Assembly: GCA_038321865.1 (NCBI GenBank)
Contig: JBBQFH010000027.1
Location: forward strand, 1-47,783
From: Gemmatimonadales bacterium
GTDB lineage: Bacteria > Gemmatimonadota > Gemmatimonadetes > Gemmatimonadales > GWC2-71-9
Direction of reading: 5' to 3'
DNA: 47,783 bases
Shown: positions 39,221-47,783 of the stretch, piece by piece
Layout: the number at the start of each line of letters is the position of its first letter
Position numbering within the stretch: position 1 is the first letter of the stretch
Translations under genes and position numbers: made by a program
Notes under the pieces: generated by a model
Told to the model about the DNA's origin: nothing
Seen by the model: the letters and a program-made list of their open reading frames with translations, nothing else
Database searches by the model: none

Positions 39221-39660
39221 CCACTTTGCTGAACCCGGGCGACCCGGCTCCAGACTTCACCGCTCCGGCGTCCGACGGCATGAGCTATACGCTGCACGAT
39301 CTCGTGCGCGAGTCCCGGGTGCTGCTGATTTTCTATCCCGGCAACAACACACCCGGGTGAAACCGCCAACTCTCCGCCGTGCGCGATGAGATCGGGCAGT
39401 ACCAGCGTTACGACGTGCGGCCGTTCGGGGTGAACCCGGCATCGGTCGAGCGCCACGCGGCCTATGCCGAAAAGCTTGGCCTGTCTTTCCCGCTCCTGTC
39501 CGACCCGGGGCTCGTCATCGCGCGCGCCTATCACGTGGTCAACCTGATCCGTACGATCACCCGCAGCGTGTACCTGATCGATCGCGGTGGGTCGATCCTG
39601 TTCTCGTCGCACGGTGCCCCCGGCGCCGACATCAGCCTCGAGGGAGTGAGTGCCCGATGA
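39217..39660 (+). CDS. peroxiredoxin (BCP/PrxQ-like) with in-frame UGA, probable selenocysteine
   Basis: GDPAPDFT...FYPGNNTPG-(TGA 39358-39360)-NRQLSAVRD...FPLLSD...RSVYLID, all in one frame; coupled by ATGA overlaps at both ends. Confidence 0.85.
39363..39395 (+). promoter_or_regulatory. candidate bacterial SECIS hairpin
   Basis: By eye: CCG/CGG, TCTC/GAGA and CGC/GCG stems with a CGT apical loop about 18-20 nt after UGA. Confidence 0.35.
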
Positions 39661-40376
39661 GCTCGGAGTCGCGGGACTTCGCTGAGAAAGTGGTGCTGGT
39701 GACCGGCGTCGGCCGTGCCGGGCAGATCGGCAATGCGGTGGCGCTCGCCTTCGGCCGGGCCGGCGCCCGGATCGTCGCCTGCGACCGCAACGCCGTGGCG
39801 GTGACGGAGCGCGTTCGTGAGTTCGAAGCGCAGGGCATCATGGCCCGGCCCGCCGCCGGCGACCTGACGCAGCCCGATATCGCGGCGCTGGCGGTGGAGG
39901 TGGCGCTCAAGCACTTCGGCCGCCTGGACGTGGTCGTGAACGTGGCGGGCGGACTCACGACCTTCGGTCCGGTCGAGCGGGCCACGGTGGCGGATTTCGA
40001 CCGGGAGATCGCCATCAACGTCAAGACGACGTTTCTGATCTCCCAGGCAGCGATCGACCCGCTCACCCGGACCCGCGGAGCCATCGTGAACTTCGCCTCT
40101 ATCGCCTACTACCAGCCCCAGGCGCAACTGGCCGTGTACAGCGCCGCGAAGGCCGCGGTCGCCGGGCTGACGCAGAGCCTGGCGGTCGAACTGCGCGACC
40201 GCGGCATCCGGGTGAATGCCATCGCGCCGGGCATGGCGCGCACCGCCGAGAACGTGGCGTCGGCCGGTGAATCGGCGGTCTACGTGGAGCTCGACCAGAT
40301 TACCGACAGCGTGCTGCAACTGGCGGGGCCGGAGGGTGGCACCGGCCACATTCTCCAGATCGTCGGGCGGCCGTAG
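39657..40376 (+). CDS. short-chain dehydrogenase/reductase
   Basis: TGVGRAGQIG, VNVAGG, YSAAK, VNAIAPG. Confidence 0.9.
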   Translation: MSSESRDFAEKVVLVTGVGRAGQIGNAVALAFGRAGARIVACDRNAVAVTERVREFEAQGIMARPAAGDLTQPDIAALAVEVALKHFGRLDVVVNVAGGLTTFGPVERATVADFDREIAINVKTTFLISQAAIDPLTRTRGAIVNFASIAYYQPQAQLAVYSAAKAAVAGLTQSLAVELRDRGIRVNAIAPGMARTAENVASAGESAVYVELDQITDSVLQLAGPEGGTGHILQIVGRP

Positions 40377-40378
40377 CG

Positions 40379-41110
40379 ATGGACCTGCAGGGCCGTGTCG
40401 CGCTGGTGACGGGCGCCGGCCAGCGGCTCGGTCGCGCGATCGCGAGTGCACTGGCCGGCCGCGGGATGAGACTCGCCATCCACTACAACGCATCCGACGC
40501 CGGGGCTCGCGAGCTCCAGCGCGAAATCGAGGCGGCGGGAGGCGAGGCAACGTGCTTCGCCGCCGACCTGACGGACGCTGCGGCGGCACGAGCGCTCCCC
40601 GAGCGGGTGGCTGGCCGTTTCGGCGGGCTCGACGTGCTCGTCAATTCGGCCGCGGTGATGCGCCAGCTGTCGTTCGAACAGACGACGCCGGCGGACTGGG
40701 ACGAAATCATGAACCTCAATCTGCGGGCCGCCTTCTTCTGCACGCAGGGCGCCGCCGTCGCCCTGCGCCGGGCCGGGGGAAAGGTGATCAACGTCGCCGA
40801 CCTGGGAGGGCTGGAGCCGTGGCCGGCCTACGCCGCACATTCGGTGAGCAAGGCGGGTCTCGTCATGGTGACCAAGGTGCTGGCGCGTGCGCTGGCGCCT
40901 GCCGTTACGGTCAATGCGATCGCGCCGGGCACCGTGCTGGTGCCCGACTCGTACACGGCGACGCAGCGTGACCGCCTGGCCGGCGCCACGCCGCTGGCTC
41001 GGCTCGGCACGCCGTCGGATGCGACGGACGCCATTCTCTATCTGCTGGAGCGCGGCGATTTCGTGACCGGTGAGACGCTCGTGGTCGATGGTGGCCGGAT
41101 CCTCCGCTAG
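40379..41110 (+). CDS. SDR, pteridine reductase/FolM-like
   Basis: TGAGQRLG, IHYNAS, LVNSA, VNAIAPG, VTGE...VDGG; HxxxK at the catalytic position. Confidence 0.85.
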   Translation: MDLQGRVALVTGAGQRLGRAIASALAGRGMRLAIHYNASDAGARELQREIEAAGGEATCFAADLTDAAAARALPERVAGRFGGLDVLVNSAAVMRQLSFEQTTPADWDEIMNLNLRAAFFCTQGAAVALRRAGGKVINVADLGGLEPWPAYAAHSVSKAGLVMVTKVLARALAPAVTVNAIAPGTVLVPDSYTATQRDRLAGATPLARLGTPSDATDAILYLLERGDFVTGETLVVDGGRILR

Positions 41111-41840
41111 CGCCGGCGAAGTCGCGATCATCGGCGGCGGCTGCTACGGCACGTTCTACACCCGGCAGCTGGAGCGCGCCCGTGAACGCGGGGCGGTCAC
41201 CTACCGTCGATTGCTGGTGGTGGATCGCGATGCCGGCTGTCAGGCCGCACGCGAACTGGGCGAGACGGACGACCGTCGCATCGTGCGGGAAGACTGGGGC
41301 GAATTTCTCGACCGCTGGCTGGTGGAACCGCGACCCCAGTCGGAGGAGGGCGGCGACGCGATCGTTCCCTCGCCCCTGATGCCCCATCTGATGTACGAAT
41401 GGCTGGTGCGCCGTGCCCGCGCACGGTGGCCCGCCCGGGAGATCACCCACCGGCCGCTGGAGGCCGAGGCGGGAACTCCGTACGACATGCCGGCGCCGGA
41501 CGGCACCCGCTACCTCTCCTTCGCCGACTGGCTCTGTCCCACCCACTGCATTGAGCCCGCGATCTGTCCGGCGACCCGTGCCCCGCGCACCTGGGAGATG
41601 GCCGAGCTGATGCAGACGCTCGCCGCGCGGCTCGCGCTGGTCCGGCCGACGGCCGGGCCGGCGGTATTCTTCTGCCGGCACCGGGCGTACGGTGTCGGAA
41701 TGTTCGACGTGACGGCGGTCCAGGCGGGTGACCGGCTCGTGGCGGCCGCGGGGGAGGCCGGACACGAGATTGATGTCCTGGTCGGGACGGTCTCCGCCTG
41801 CCATGGCGCCGCCAGCCTGTTGCGGCTGGGCGGCCGGTGA
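41088..41840 (+). CDS. hypothetical protein with Rossmann-like N-terminus and Cys/His motifs
   Basis: VAIIGGGCYG, PLMPH, CPTHCIEPAICP, FCRH, SACHG. Confidence 0.75.
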   Translation: MVAGSSASAGEVAIIGGGCYGTFYTRQLERARERGAVTYRRLLVVDRDAGCQAARELGETDDRRIVREDWGEFLDRWLVEPRPQSEEGGDAIVPSPLMPHLMYEWLVRRARARWPAREITHRPLEAEAGTPYDMPAPDGTRYLSFADWLCPTHCIEPAICPATRAPRTWEMAELMQTLAARLALVRPTAGPAVFFCRHRAYGVGMFDVTAVQAGDRLVAAAGEAGHEIDVLVGTVSACHGAASLLRLGGR

Positions 41841-41905
41841 GGGGAACCGCCGGGCGTTCTATATTTGTGGGAGCCAGTCACCTTTCGTCAGCGGGCGGGG
41901 ATGCA

Positions 41906-42883
41906 ATGAGCGGCAGTCTCGATTTCGACGTCATCATCATCGGCGGCGGCCCAGCCGGCCTGTGCGCCGCCATGTACGCCGGGCGCGGGATGCTGCGGGC
42001 AGTGCTCCTGGAGCGTGGGGATACCGGCGGCGAGCTGCTGAACACGGAGTGGATCGAGGACTACCCCGGCTTCGTCAGCATCCGGGGCCGGGAGCTTGCC
42101 GAAAGGATGACCGAACATGCGGTCAAGTTCGGGGCGGACATCCGGCAGGAAAACGTCGAGGCGATCGAGCGGCATGCCGACGGCATTTTCCACGTCACCA
42201 CCTCGCTGGGCACGATCTTCCGCGCGCCGGCAGTGATCATCACCGCCGGAGGCACTCCCACCAAGCTCGGTGTGCCCGGCGAACTCGACTATGCCGGCCG
42301 CGGCGTCTCCTACTGCGCCGTCTGCGACGGCGCCTTCTTTAAGGGCGATACGATCGCGGTGATCGGCGGCGGTGACGCCGCGGTCGAGGAAGCTGCCTAC
42401 CTCACCCGCTACGCCGAGAAGGTGTACCTCATCCACCGGCGCGACGAGCTCCGGGCCTCGCGGATCCTGCAGGAGCGGCTGTTCGCCAATCCGAAGATTG
42501 AGGTGATCTGGAACAAGCGCGTGCATCAGCTCCTCGGCGGGCCTGCCGGCCTCCAGTCCGTGGAGCTCGAGGACACCGTTACCGGCTCGCGGTCCTCACT
42601 GGCCGCCACGGGCTGCTTCGTGTTCATCGGCTTCCAGCCGAACAGTGGGCTCATCAAGGGACATTTCGTCCACGACGCGAGCGGATACATCGTGACCGAC
42701 GACCGGATGATGACCTCGATTCCCGGCCTGTTCGCGGCCGGCGACCTGCGGGTCCAGCTCACACGCCAGGTCACTACGGCGGTAGGCGATGCGACCACGG
42801 CTGCCATCGCGGTCGAGAAGTACCTGACCGACCGGCGTGCCGCGCTCGCCGCCGCCGCCCCGGGAGCGCCGGCCATTGTCTGA
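41906..42883 (+). CDS. trxB: thioredoxin reductase
   Basis: IIGGGPAG, GRGVSYCAVCDG, GGGDAAVEEA, HRRD, GLFAAGD. Confidence 0.95.
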   Translation: MSGSLDFDVIIIGGGPAGLCAAMYAGRGMLRAVLLERGDTGGELLNTEWIEDYPGFVSIRGRELAERMTEHAVKFGADIRQENVEAIERHADGIFHVTTSLGTIFRAPAVIITAGGTPTKLGVPGELDYAGRGVSYCAVCDGAFFKGDTIAVIGGGDAAVEEAAYLTRYAEKVYLIHRRDELRASRILQERLFANPKIEVIWNKRVHQLLGGPAGLQSVELEDTVTGSRSSLAATGCFVFIGFQPNSGLIKGHFVHDASGYIVTDDRMMTSIPGLFAAGDLRVQLTRQVTTAVGDATTAAIAVEKYLTDRRAALAAAAPGAPAIV

Positions 42884-43523
42884 ACTGGAAGTCGTCGCGC
42901 TCCCCAACGGGCAGTTCGTGCAGAATTGCTATCTGGTGGGCGACAGCGGCTCGCGGCAGGCAGTCATCATCGACCCTGGTGAGGAGCCGGCGATGTTTCT
43001 CGCGGAGCTCGATACGCGGGGATGGACGCTCGGCGCCATTTGGCTGACGCATGCGCACATCGATCATGTGATGGGGGTCGGCGCGGTACACCGCGCATCC
43101 GGCGCACCCATTCACCTGCATGCGGCGGACCGGCCGCTGTACGACAGTGTGACGAAGCAGGGCGAGTGGTTCGGCCTGCGGCTGGAAACGCTGCCCGCTC
43201 CGCACGAGGCGCTCGAGCACGGGGGCAGGGTGTCGGTCGGGCGCTTCGCGTTCGCTGTCCGCCACACGCCGGGGCACTCGCCCGGCAGCGTCAGCTTCGT
43301 CGGCCACGGAATGGTCTTCGGCGGCGATGTGCTGTTCAACGGATCGGTCGGCCGCACTGATCTGCCAGGGGGCGATGCGGCGACGCTGATGTCGAGCATT
43401 CAGCACGAATTCCTCTCGTTGCCGGACTCGACGATCCTGCGCAGCGGGCACGGCCCGGAGAGCACGATCGGAGTCGAACGCCTGACCAACCCGTTCCTCA
43501 CCGGAGCCTATGAATTCGACTGA
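42876..43523 (+). CDS. MBL-fold metallo-hydrolase (glyoxalase II / YcbL-like)
   Basis: NCY, IIDPG, THAHIDH, TPGHSPG, GDVLF, GRTDLPGG, GHG; TTG start. Confidence 0.92.
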   Translation: MSELEVVALPNGQFVQNCYLVGDSGSRQAVIIDPGEEPAMFLAELDTRGWTLGAIWLTHAHIDHVMGVGAVHRASGAPIHLHAADRPLYDSVTKQGEWFGLRLETLPAPHEALEHGGRVSVGRFAFAVRHTPGHSPGSVSFVGHGMVFGGDVLFNGSVGRTDLPGGDAATLMSSIQHEFLSLPDSTILRSGHGPESTIGVERLTNPFLTGAYEFD

Positions 43524-43641
43524 CGACCAGGCGCCGGCCTGCCAGCGGTGCGGCCATCCGGTCACCGGGCTGGCCATGGGCTGCAAGAATCCGTGCTCCA
43601 ACTGCGGTACCGTCTACCCCCTCGGCGACTGCTCCGACTGA
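43510..43641 (+). CDS. 43-aa Cys-rich zinc-finger-like microprotein
   Basis: Hand translation MNSTDDQAPACQRCGHPVTGLAMGCKNPCSNCGTVYPLGDCSD*; fills the gap between the MBL and GT genes. Confidence 0.75.
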   Translation: MNSTDDQAPACQRCGHPVTGLAMGCKNPCSNCGTVYPLGDCSD

Positions 43642-44837
43642 ACCCGCTCGCTGACCCGCTCCCGCCCCGTCTCCGCCCGGCCGCGGTCCTCGGCGTACTC
43701 GACATCACCAAGTATTTCGGCGATACCAGCGGCGGCATCCGCACCTACCTGCTGCAGAAGGCGGCGTATGTCGAGGCGCGTCCGGCACTCAGGCACACTC
43801 TGCTCGTGCCGGCGGCCAGGGCATCCATCACCGATGGTGACGGGATTCGCACTTACCGCCTGGCGGGCCCGCGCATCCCGACACAGGCGCCGTACCGCCT
43901 GCTGCACTCCGCCGCCGCGATCCGTCGCATCATCCGGCACGAGCGACCCGACGTCATCGAGATCGGCAGCCCGTTCGCCGTTCCCTGGCTCACCCGGCGG
44001 GCCACGCGGGGGCTGTCCGTCCCGCTGGTCTGGTTCTACCACGGCAACGTTCCCCGGCTCATCTCGCAGCACCCGGGACATGACGGAGCGCTTCGTGCGA
44101 TCGGCTACCGGGCCGCGTGGGGCTACGTGCGGACGGTCAGCCGGCTGGTCCGCGCGACACTGGTCGCCTCGGATTTCGTCGCGGCGGACCTGCTGCGCGA
44201 AGGCGTCGCCAACGTGGTCCGGGTGCCGCTCGGCGTCGAGCTGGATCGGTTCAACCCGGCCCGCGCGGTCAGGGCCGGTGCGACTCGGGCCCGGCTCGGC
44301 CTCCCCGCCGGGCCGATTGCCCTGTATTGCGGACGGCTGGCGCGCGAAAAGCAGCTCGACGTGCTGATCCGGGCCTGGCCGGAGGTCGAGCGCGCCACGG
44401 GCACGCGGCTCCTGCTGGTTGGTGCCGGCCCGTCCGAGGGATATTTCCGGTCGCTCCCGGGCGCGGATCGGGTGGTGTGGGTGCCATTCCAGCACGACCG
44501 CGACCTGCTTGCCGATCTGCTGGCCGCTGCCGATTTGTACGTCGCACCGGGTCCGGCCGAAACGTTCGGCCTTTCCGCACTCGAGGCGCTGTCGAGCGGC
44601 ACCCCCGTACTGTCGGTCGACTCGGGTGGTGTGCCGGAGCTGGTTGCGCGCTCGGGCGCAGGTGCGGTCTACCCGGTCGGGGACGAATCGCTTCTGGCAA
44701 AGGCCGCCATCGCGCTGCTCGGAACCGACACGAAGCTACTCGGGACCGCCGGACGCGCGTATGCCGAGCGGGAACACTCGTGGCCCCACGCGTTCGGGCG
44801 CATCTTTGCGGCGTACCGTGCGGTAATCGAGCAATGA
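43638..44837 (+). CDS. GT4-family glycosyltransferase
   Basis: DITKYF...SGGIRTYL..K, GRLAREK, ETFGLSALEALSSG. Start uncertain (CTG 43638 or upstream GTG). Confidence 0.88.
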   Translation: MNPLADPLPPRLRPAAVLGVLDITKYFGDTSGGIRTYLLQKAAYVEARPALRHTLLVPAARASITDGDGIRTYRLAGPRIPTQAPYRLLHSAAAIRRIIRHERPDVIEIGSPFAVPWLTRRATRGLSVPLVWFYHGNVPRLISQHPGHDGALRAIGYRAAWGYVRTVSRLVRATLVASDFVAADLLREGVANVVRVPLGVELDRFNPARAVRAGATRARLGLPAGPIALYCGRLAREKQLDVLIRAWPEVERATGTRLLLVGAGPSEGYFRSLPGADRVVWVPFQHDRDLLADLLAAADLYVAPGPAETFGLSALEALSSGTPVLSVDSGGVPELVARSGAGAVYPVGDESLLAKAAIALLGTDTKLLGTAGRAYAEREHSWPHAFGRIFAAYRAVIEQ

Positions 44838-45697
44838 CGTTCATCGAGGCCCAGCTCGCCTGCGTCGCGCTCGTCGGAGCGGACTTCATTGCGCGCGCGC
44901 TCCGCATCCGCTGGATCCTTGCCGGGCTCGGGAGCAGGATCTCGTTTGGTGACGCGGTCACGATGAACGCGTTCGGAGACGCCGCCTGCGCGCTCACGCC
45001 GCTCCGGCTGGGTGGCGAGCCCGCCCGCCTGGGCGGCATGCTGCGTGCGGGCGTGCCCGCACCCGCCGCGTTCGTGGGTATCAGCCTCGAGGTGCTCGCC
45101 GCCTGGCCCGTCATCATCGTCGCGGCCGGCGGACTGATGTGGTTCTACGCGCCAGCGTGGTGGGCAGCCGCGGGACCGCGACTGGAAGCCGGCGCAGGTC
45201 GGGCGTGGCCGTGGATCGCGATGGTCGTCGTGGCGAGCGTCGCCGCATGGCTCGCCGCCGGGCGGCTGCGCACGTCGGTCGGCCGACAACTCAGGCGGCC
45301 GCTGCTTCGCGCCCGGGTCTATTGGCGGCGGATGCCGCTGTGGCCGCTGCTCCTGAGCGCTCCATGTACGCTGGTGGATCTGGTCGCGCGCGTCGCCATT
45401 CTGCCGGTGCTGGCCCAGACCCTTCCCGTGCCGCCGCCGGCGGGCCCGGTCTGGGTGGGCTCGTTCGCGCTTTTGTACGTCCAGTTGGTGCTTCCGACTC
45501 CCTCGGGCGCGGGGGCCGTTGAACTCGGCTTTCTGGGCGGTGCCGCCGGGGGGCTCGGCGGACACGAATCATCGCTGCTCGTCGCCTGGCGGTTCTATAC
45601 TAACGGCGTAGGGCTCCTGCTCGGCGCGTGGCTGGCGGTCCGCAGCTACGGCTGGTCCGCGCTCCGGCACGCGGTCAGCCGGGTGGCGGGGCGATAG
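44834..45697 (+). CDS. lysylphosphatidylglycerol synthase TM / flippase-like (UPF0104) protein
   Basis: RALR, TPLRLGGEP, PTPSGAGAVE, AWRFYT; ATGA overlap with the GT. Confidence 0.82.
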   Translation: MTFIEAQLACVALVGADFIARALRIRWILAGLGSRISFGDAVTMNAFGDAACALTPLRLGGEPARLGGMLRAGVPAPAAFVGISLEVLAAWPVIIVAAGGLMWFYAPAWWAAAGPRLEAGAGRAWPWIAMVVVASVAAWLAAGRLRTSVGRQLRRPLLRARVYWRRMPLWPLLLSAPCTLVDLVARVAILPVLAQTLPVPPPAGPVWVGSFALLYVQLVLPTPSGAGAVELGFLGGAAGGLGGHESSLLVAWRFYTNGVGLLLGAWLAVRSYGWSALRHAVSRVAGR

Positions 45698-45992
45698 CGA
45701 CCAGCAGCACCGTGCGCTCGAATACTTCGGCGACGCCGTGCGGGACATCGGCGGGCGCCCAGACCAGCGTTCCGGCCGTCACCACCTCGGCAGCAGAGCC
45801 CACCGAGATCCTCGCCTTTCCCGATACGACGAAGTAGAATTTGTCCGCGCCGGCATGCGCGTGGATCGACTGGGTCTGGCCGGGCTCGAAACAGTTGAGG
45901 CCCGCGAAGAGCGTGGCACCCCGGGCCAGGTCTGCTTTCGTTGCGCGGCCGGCGTTGAATTCTGGCTCGAGCCGCTGGAAATAGTCTGACAT
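45675..45992 (-). CDS. cupin domain protein
   Basis: PGQ...HAH, FYFVVSG, PADVPHGV. Confidence 0.85.
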   Translation of the reverse strand: MSDYFQRLEPEFNAGRATKADLARGATLFAGLNCFEPGQTQSIHAHAGADKFYFVVSGKARISVGSAAEVVTAGTLVWAPADVPHGVAEVFERTVLLVAIAPPPG

Positions 45993-46041
45993 TCGCCATT
46001 CCTCAGTATAGAGAAGCGTTCACCCGCCACCTCAAGACTTC

Positions 46042-47466
46042 ATGCCCGCTTCGGATCGCATCGAGAAGGACCCGCTGGGCGAGAAGCCCGTTCCGGCCGA
46101 CGCACTCTACGGCATTCAGACGCTGCGAGCCGCCGAGAATTTCCCGATTTCGGGTCTCCGTCCCCTGCCGGCCTTCGTGGATGCGGTGGTCTGGATCAAG
46201 CGGTCGGCCGCCGTGACGCACAAGCGGACCGGCCGGCTGGAAGCCCGGCTCGCCGACGCCATTGTGCAGGCGGCGGATGAGGTGCTGGCCGGAAAGCATC
46301 GTGACCAGTTCATCGTGGACGTGTACCAGGCCGGCGCCGGCACCAGCCACAACATGAACGTCAACGAGGTGCTTGCCAACCGCGCCAACGAGCTGCTCGG
46401 CTCCGCGCGGGGCACCTACGCGCCCATCCATCCGAACGACCACGTGAACATGGCGCAAAGCACCAACGACGTGATTCCGACGGCGATGCGGCTCGCGGTG
46501 CTTGCCACCCTTCCCTCGCTGCTGAAGGCGATGGACACCCTTGCCCAGGCGCTGCTCGCAAAGGGCGAAGCGTTCGACGGGATCATCAAGAGTGGGCGCA
46601 CCCATCTGCAGGACGCGACGCCGATCCGGCTCGGCCAGGAGTTCACCGCCTACGGCCGGACCGTCGCACGCCATCGGCAGAAGCTGGTGGAGGCCGCCGA
46701 CTGGCTCCGGGAAATGAACATCGGTGGCACCGCGGTGGGGACCGGCATCAACGCCGAGCGGGAGTATCCGGCGCTCATGGTCGAATACCTGTCCGAGGTG
46801 AGCGCGCTCGACCTGCGGGAGGGCGATGACCGCGTGCAGCTCATGCAGTCCATGGGCGACATCGCGACCTTCAGCGGCGCGTTCCGGGCGTACGTGCTCG
46901 ACCTCAACAAGATCGCCAACGACATCCGGCTGCTGGCGTCGGGCCCTCGCACCGGACTCGCCGAAATCGTGTTGCCCGCGGTGCAGCCCGGTTCGAGCAT
47001 CATGCCGGGCAAGGTGAACCCATCCATCGCCGAGATGGTCAATCAGGTCTGCTTCCAGGCGATCGGGCTCGACACCACCGTTGCGATGGCGGCGGAGGCA
47101 GGGCAGCTGGAGCTGAACGTCATGATGCCGGTCATCACCCACAATATCGTCTTCGGGCTCATGATCGTCGGCAACGCCACCCGGGTCTTTGCCGAAAAGT
47201 GCGTGGCCGGGATCCAGGCGGACGCCGCGCAGTGCGGATACTGGCTCGAGCGGAGCCCCGCGCTGGTTACCGCGCTCGCCCCCAAGCTCGGGTACGCGGA
47301 GGCCGCAAAGCTCGCGAAGGAAGCGCTCTCCACCGGCCTCACGGTGAGAGAGCTGGTCGTCAAGAAGAAGCTGCTGGAGGGCAAGGAACTGGAGGATGTT
47401 CTGGATCTCCGCGCGATGACGGAACTGGGCGTTCCCGGCGGGAAAGGCCTGCCAGGCGGCGGATGA
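46042..47466 (+). CDS. aspA: aspartate ammonia-lyase (fumarase/aspartase family)
   Basis: QAGAGTSHNMN, HPNDHVNMAQSTND, GRTHLQDATP, GSSIMPGKVNP. Confidence 0.85.
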   Translation: MPASDRIEKDPLGEKPVPADALYGIQTLRAAENFPISGLRPLPAFVDAVVWIKRSAAVTHKRTGRLEARLADAIVQAADEVLAGKHRDQFIVDVYQAGAGTSHNMNVNEVLANRANELLGSARGTYAPIHPNDHVNMAQSTNDVIPTAMRLAVLATLPSLLKAMDTLAQALLAKGEAFDGIIKSGRTHLQDATPIRLGQEFTAYGRTVARHRQKLVEAADWLREMNIGGTAVGTGINAEREYPALMVEYLSEVSALDLREGDDRVQLMQSMGDIATFSGAFRAYVLDLNKIANDIRLLASGPRTGLAEIVLPAVQPGSSIMPGKVNPSIAEMVNQVCFQAIGLDTTVAMAAEAGQLELNVMMPVITHNIVFGLMIVGNATRVFAEKCVAGIQADAAQCGYWLERSPALVTALAPKLGYAEAAKLAKEALSTGLTVRELVVKKKLLEGKELEDVLDLRAMTELGVPGGKGLPGGG

Positions 47467-47535
47467 TCCCGCAGCATGCTTGAAGGGCGGTCGCGCCCGG
47501 GCGATACTCCGGCACGCGCCGCCGCGGCCGACGAC

Positions 47536-47563
47536 CCGACCGTCCCGGTCGGTTTTTTGTTTT
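47536..47563 (+). terminator. intrinsic terminator
   Basis: CCGACCG-TCC-CGGTCGG-TTTTTTGTTTT. Confidence 0.75.
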
Positions 47564-47577
47564 CGCGGGAGGGAACG

Positions 47578-47783
47578 ATGGATCCGTTGCCTGAGCTGAG
47601 CCAGGAAGAGCTGCAGCGTTACTCGCGGCACCTGCTCCTGCCCGAAGTTGGACTGGAAGGCCAGCGACGGCTCCGGGCCGCTCGGGTCCTGCTGATCGGC
47701 GCCGGTGGGCTCGGATCGCCCGCCGCGCTCTATCTGGCCGCCGCGGGTGTCGGCACGATCGGACTGGTCGACTTCGACGCCGT
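47578..47783 (+). CDS. moeB: MoeB/ThiF adenylyltransferase, 5' part (runs off the window)
   Basis: [52 protein letters not shown]. Confidence 0.9.
   Translation, partial: MDPLPELSQEELQRYSRHLLLPEVGLEGQRRLRAARVLLIGAGGLGSPAALYLAAAGVGTIGLVDFDA

Overview
High-GC bacterial chromosome segment of mostly housekeeping and envelope genes. Protein style and codon use suggest Gemmatimonadota, but this is an inference because no marker gene is present. I see no mobile element, integrase, CRISPR array or prophage. Left to right it contains: a ceramide-synthesis-like operon (Spt-like PLP enzyme, bCerS-like GNAT, CerR-like reductase); an M6 metalloprotease plus lipoprotein; tRNA-Ala(TGC) followed by three tandem paralogous ~80-aa proteins sharing an HFEFRGG motif; a PEP-CTERM protein with a putative sigma-54 promoter and upstream palindrome; an apparently catalytically dead alpha/beta hydrolase; Mn-SOD; two kinases around one response regulator, upstream of a Pho-box-like repeat and tonB-exbB-exbD-exbD; a peptidoglycan-recycling cluster (NamZ, NagZ, AmiE-like, SSS transporter, sugar kinase); PIP synthase plus Ino1; a membrane PPase; 2-oxoacid dehydrogenase E1a/E1b/E2; and a long run of coupled genes (PHP, a UGA-interrupted selenocysteine peroxiredoxin, two SDRs, a Cys-rich unknown, TrxB, MBL hydrolase, a 43-aa Cys-rich microprotein absent from the ORF track, GT4, flippase-like protein), then cupin, aspA and partial moeB. 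Highlights: a possible (inositol/glyco)sphingolipid pathway, the Sec-peroxiredoxin, recurrent CTG starts in CTGA stop/start overlaps, and the uncharacterised triple-paralog family. All assignments come from motif reading, not database searches.
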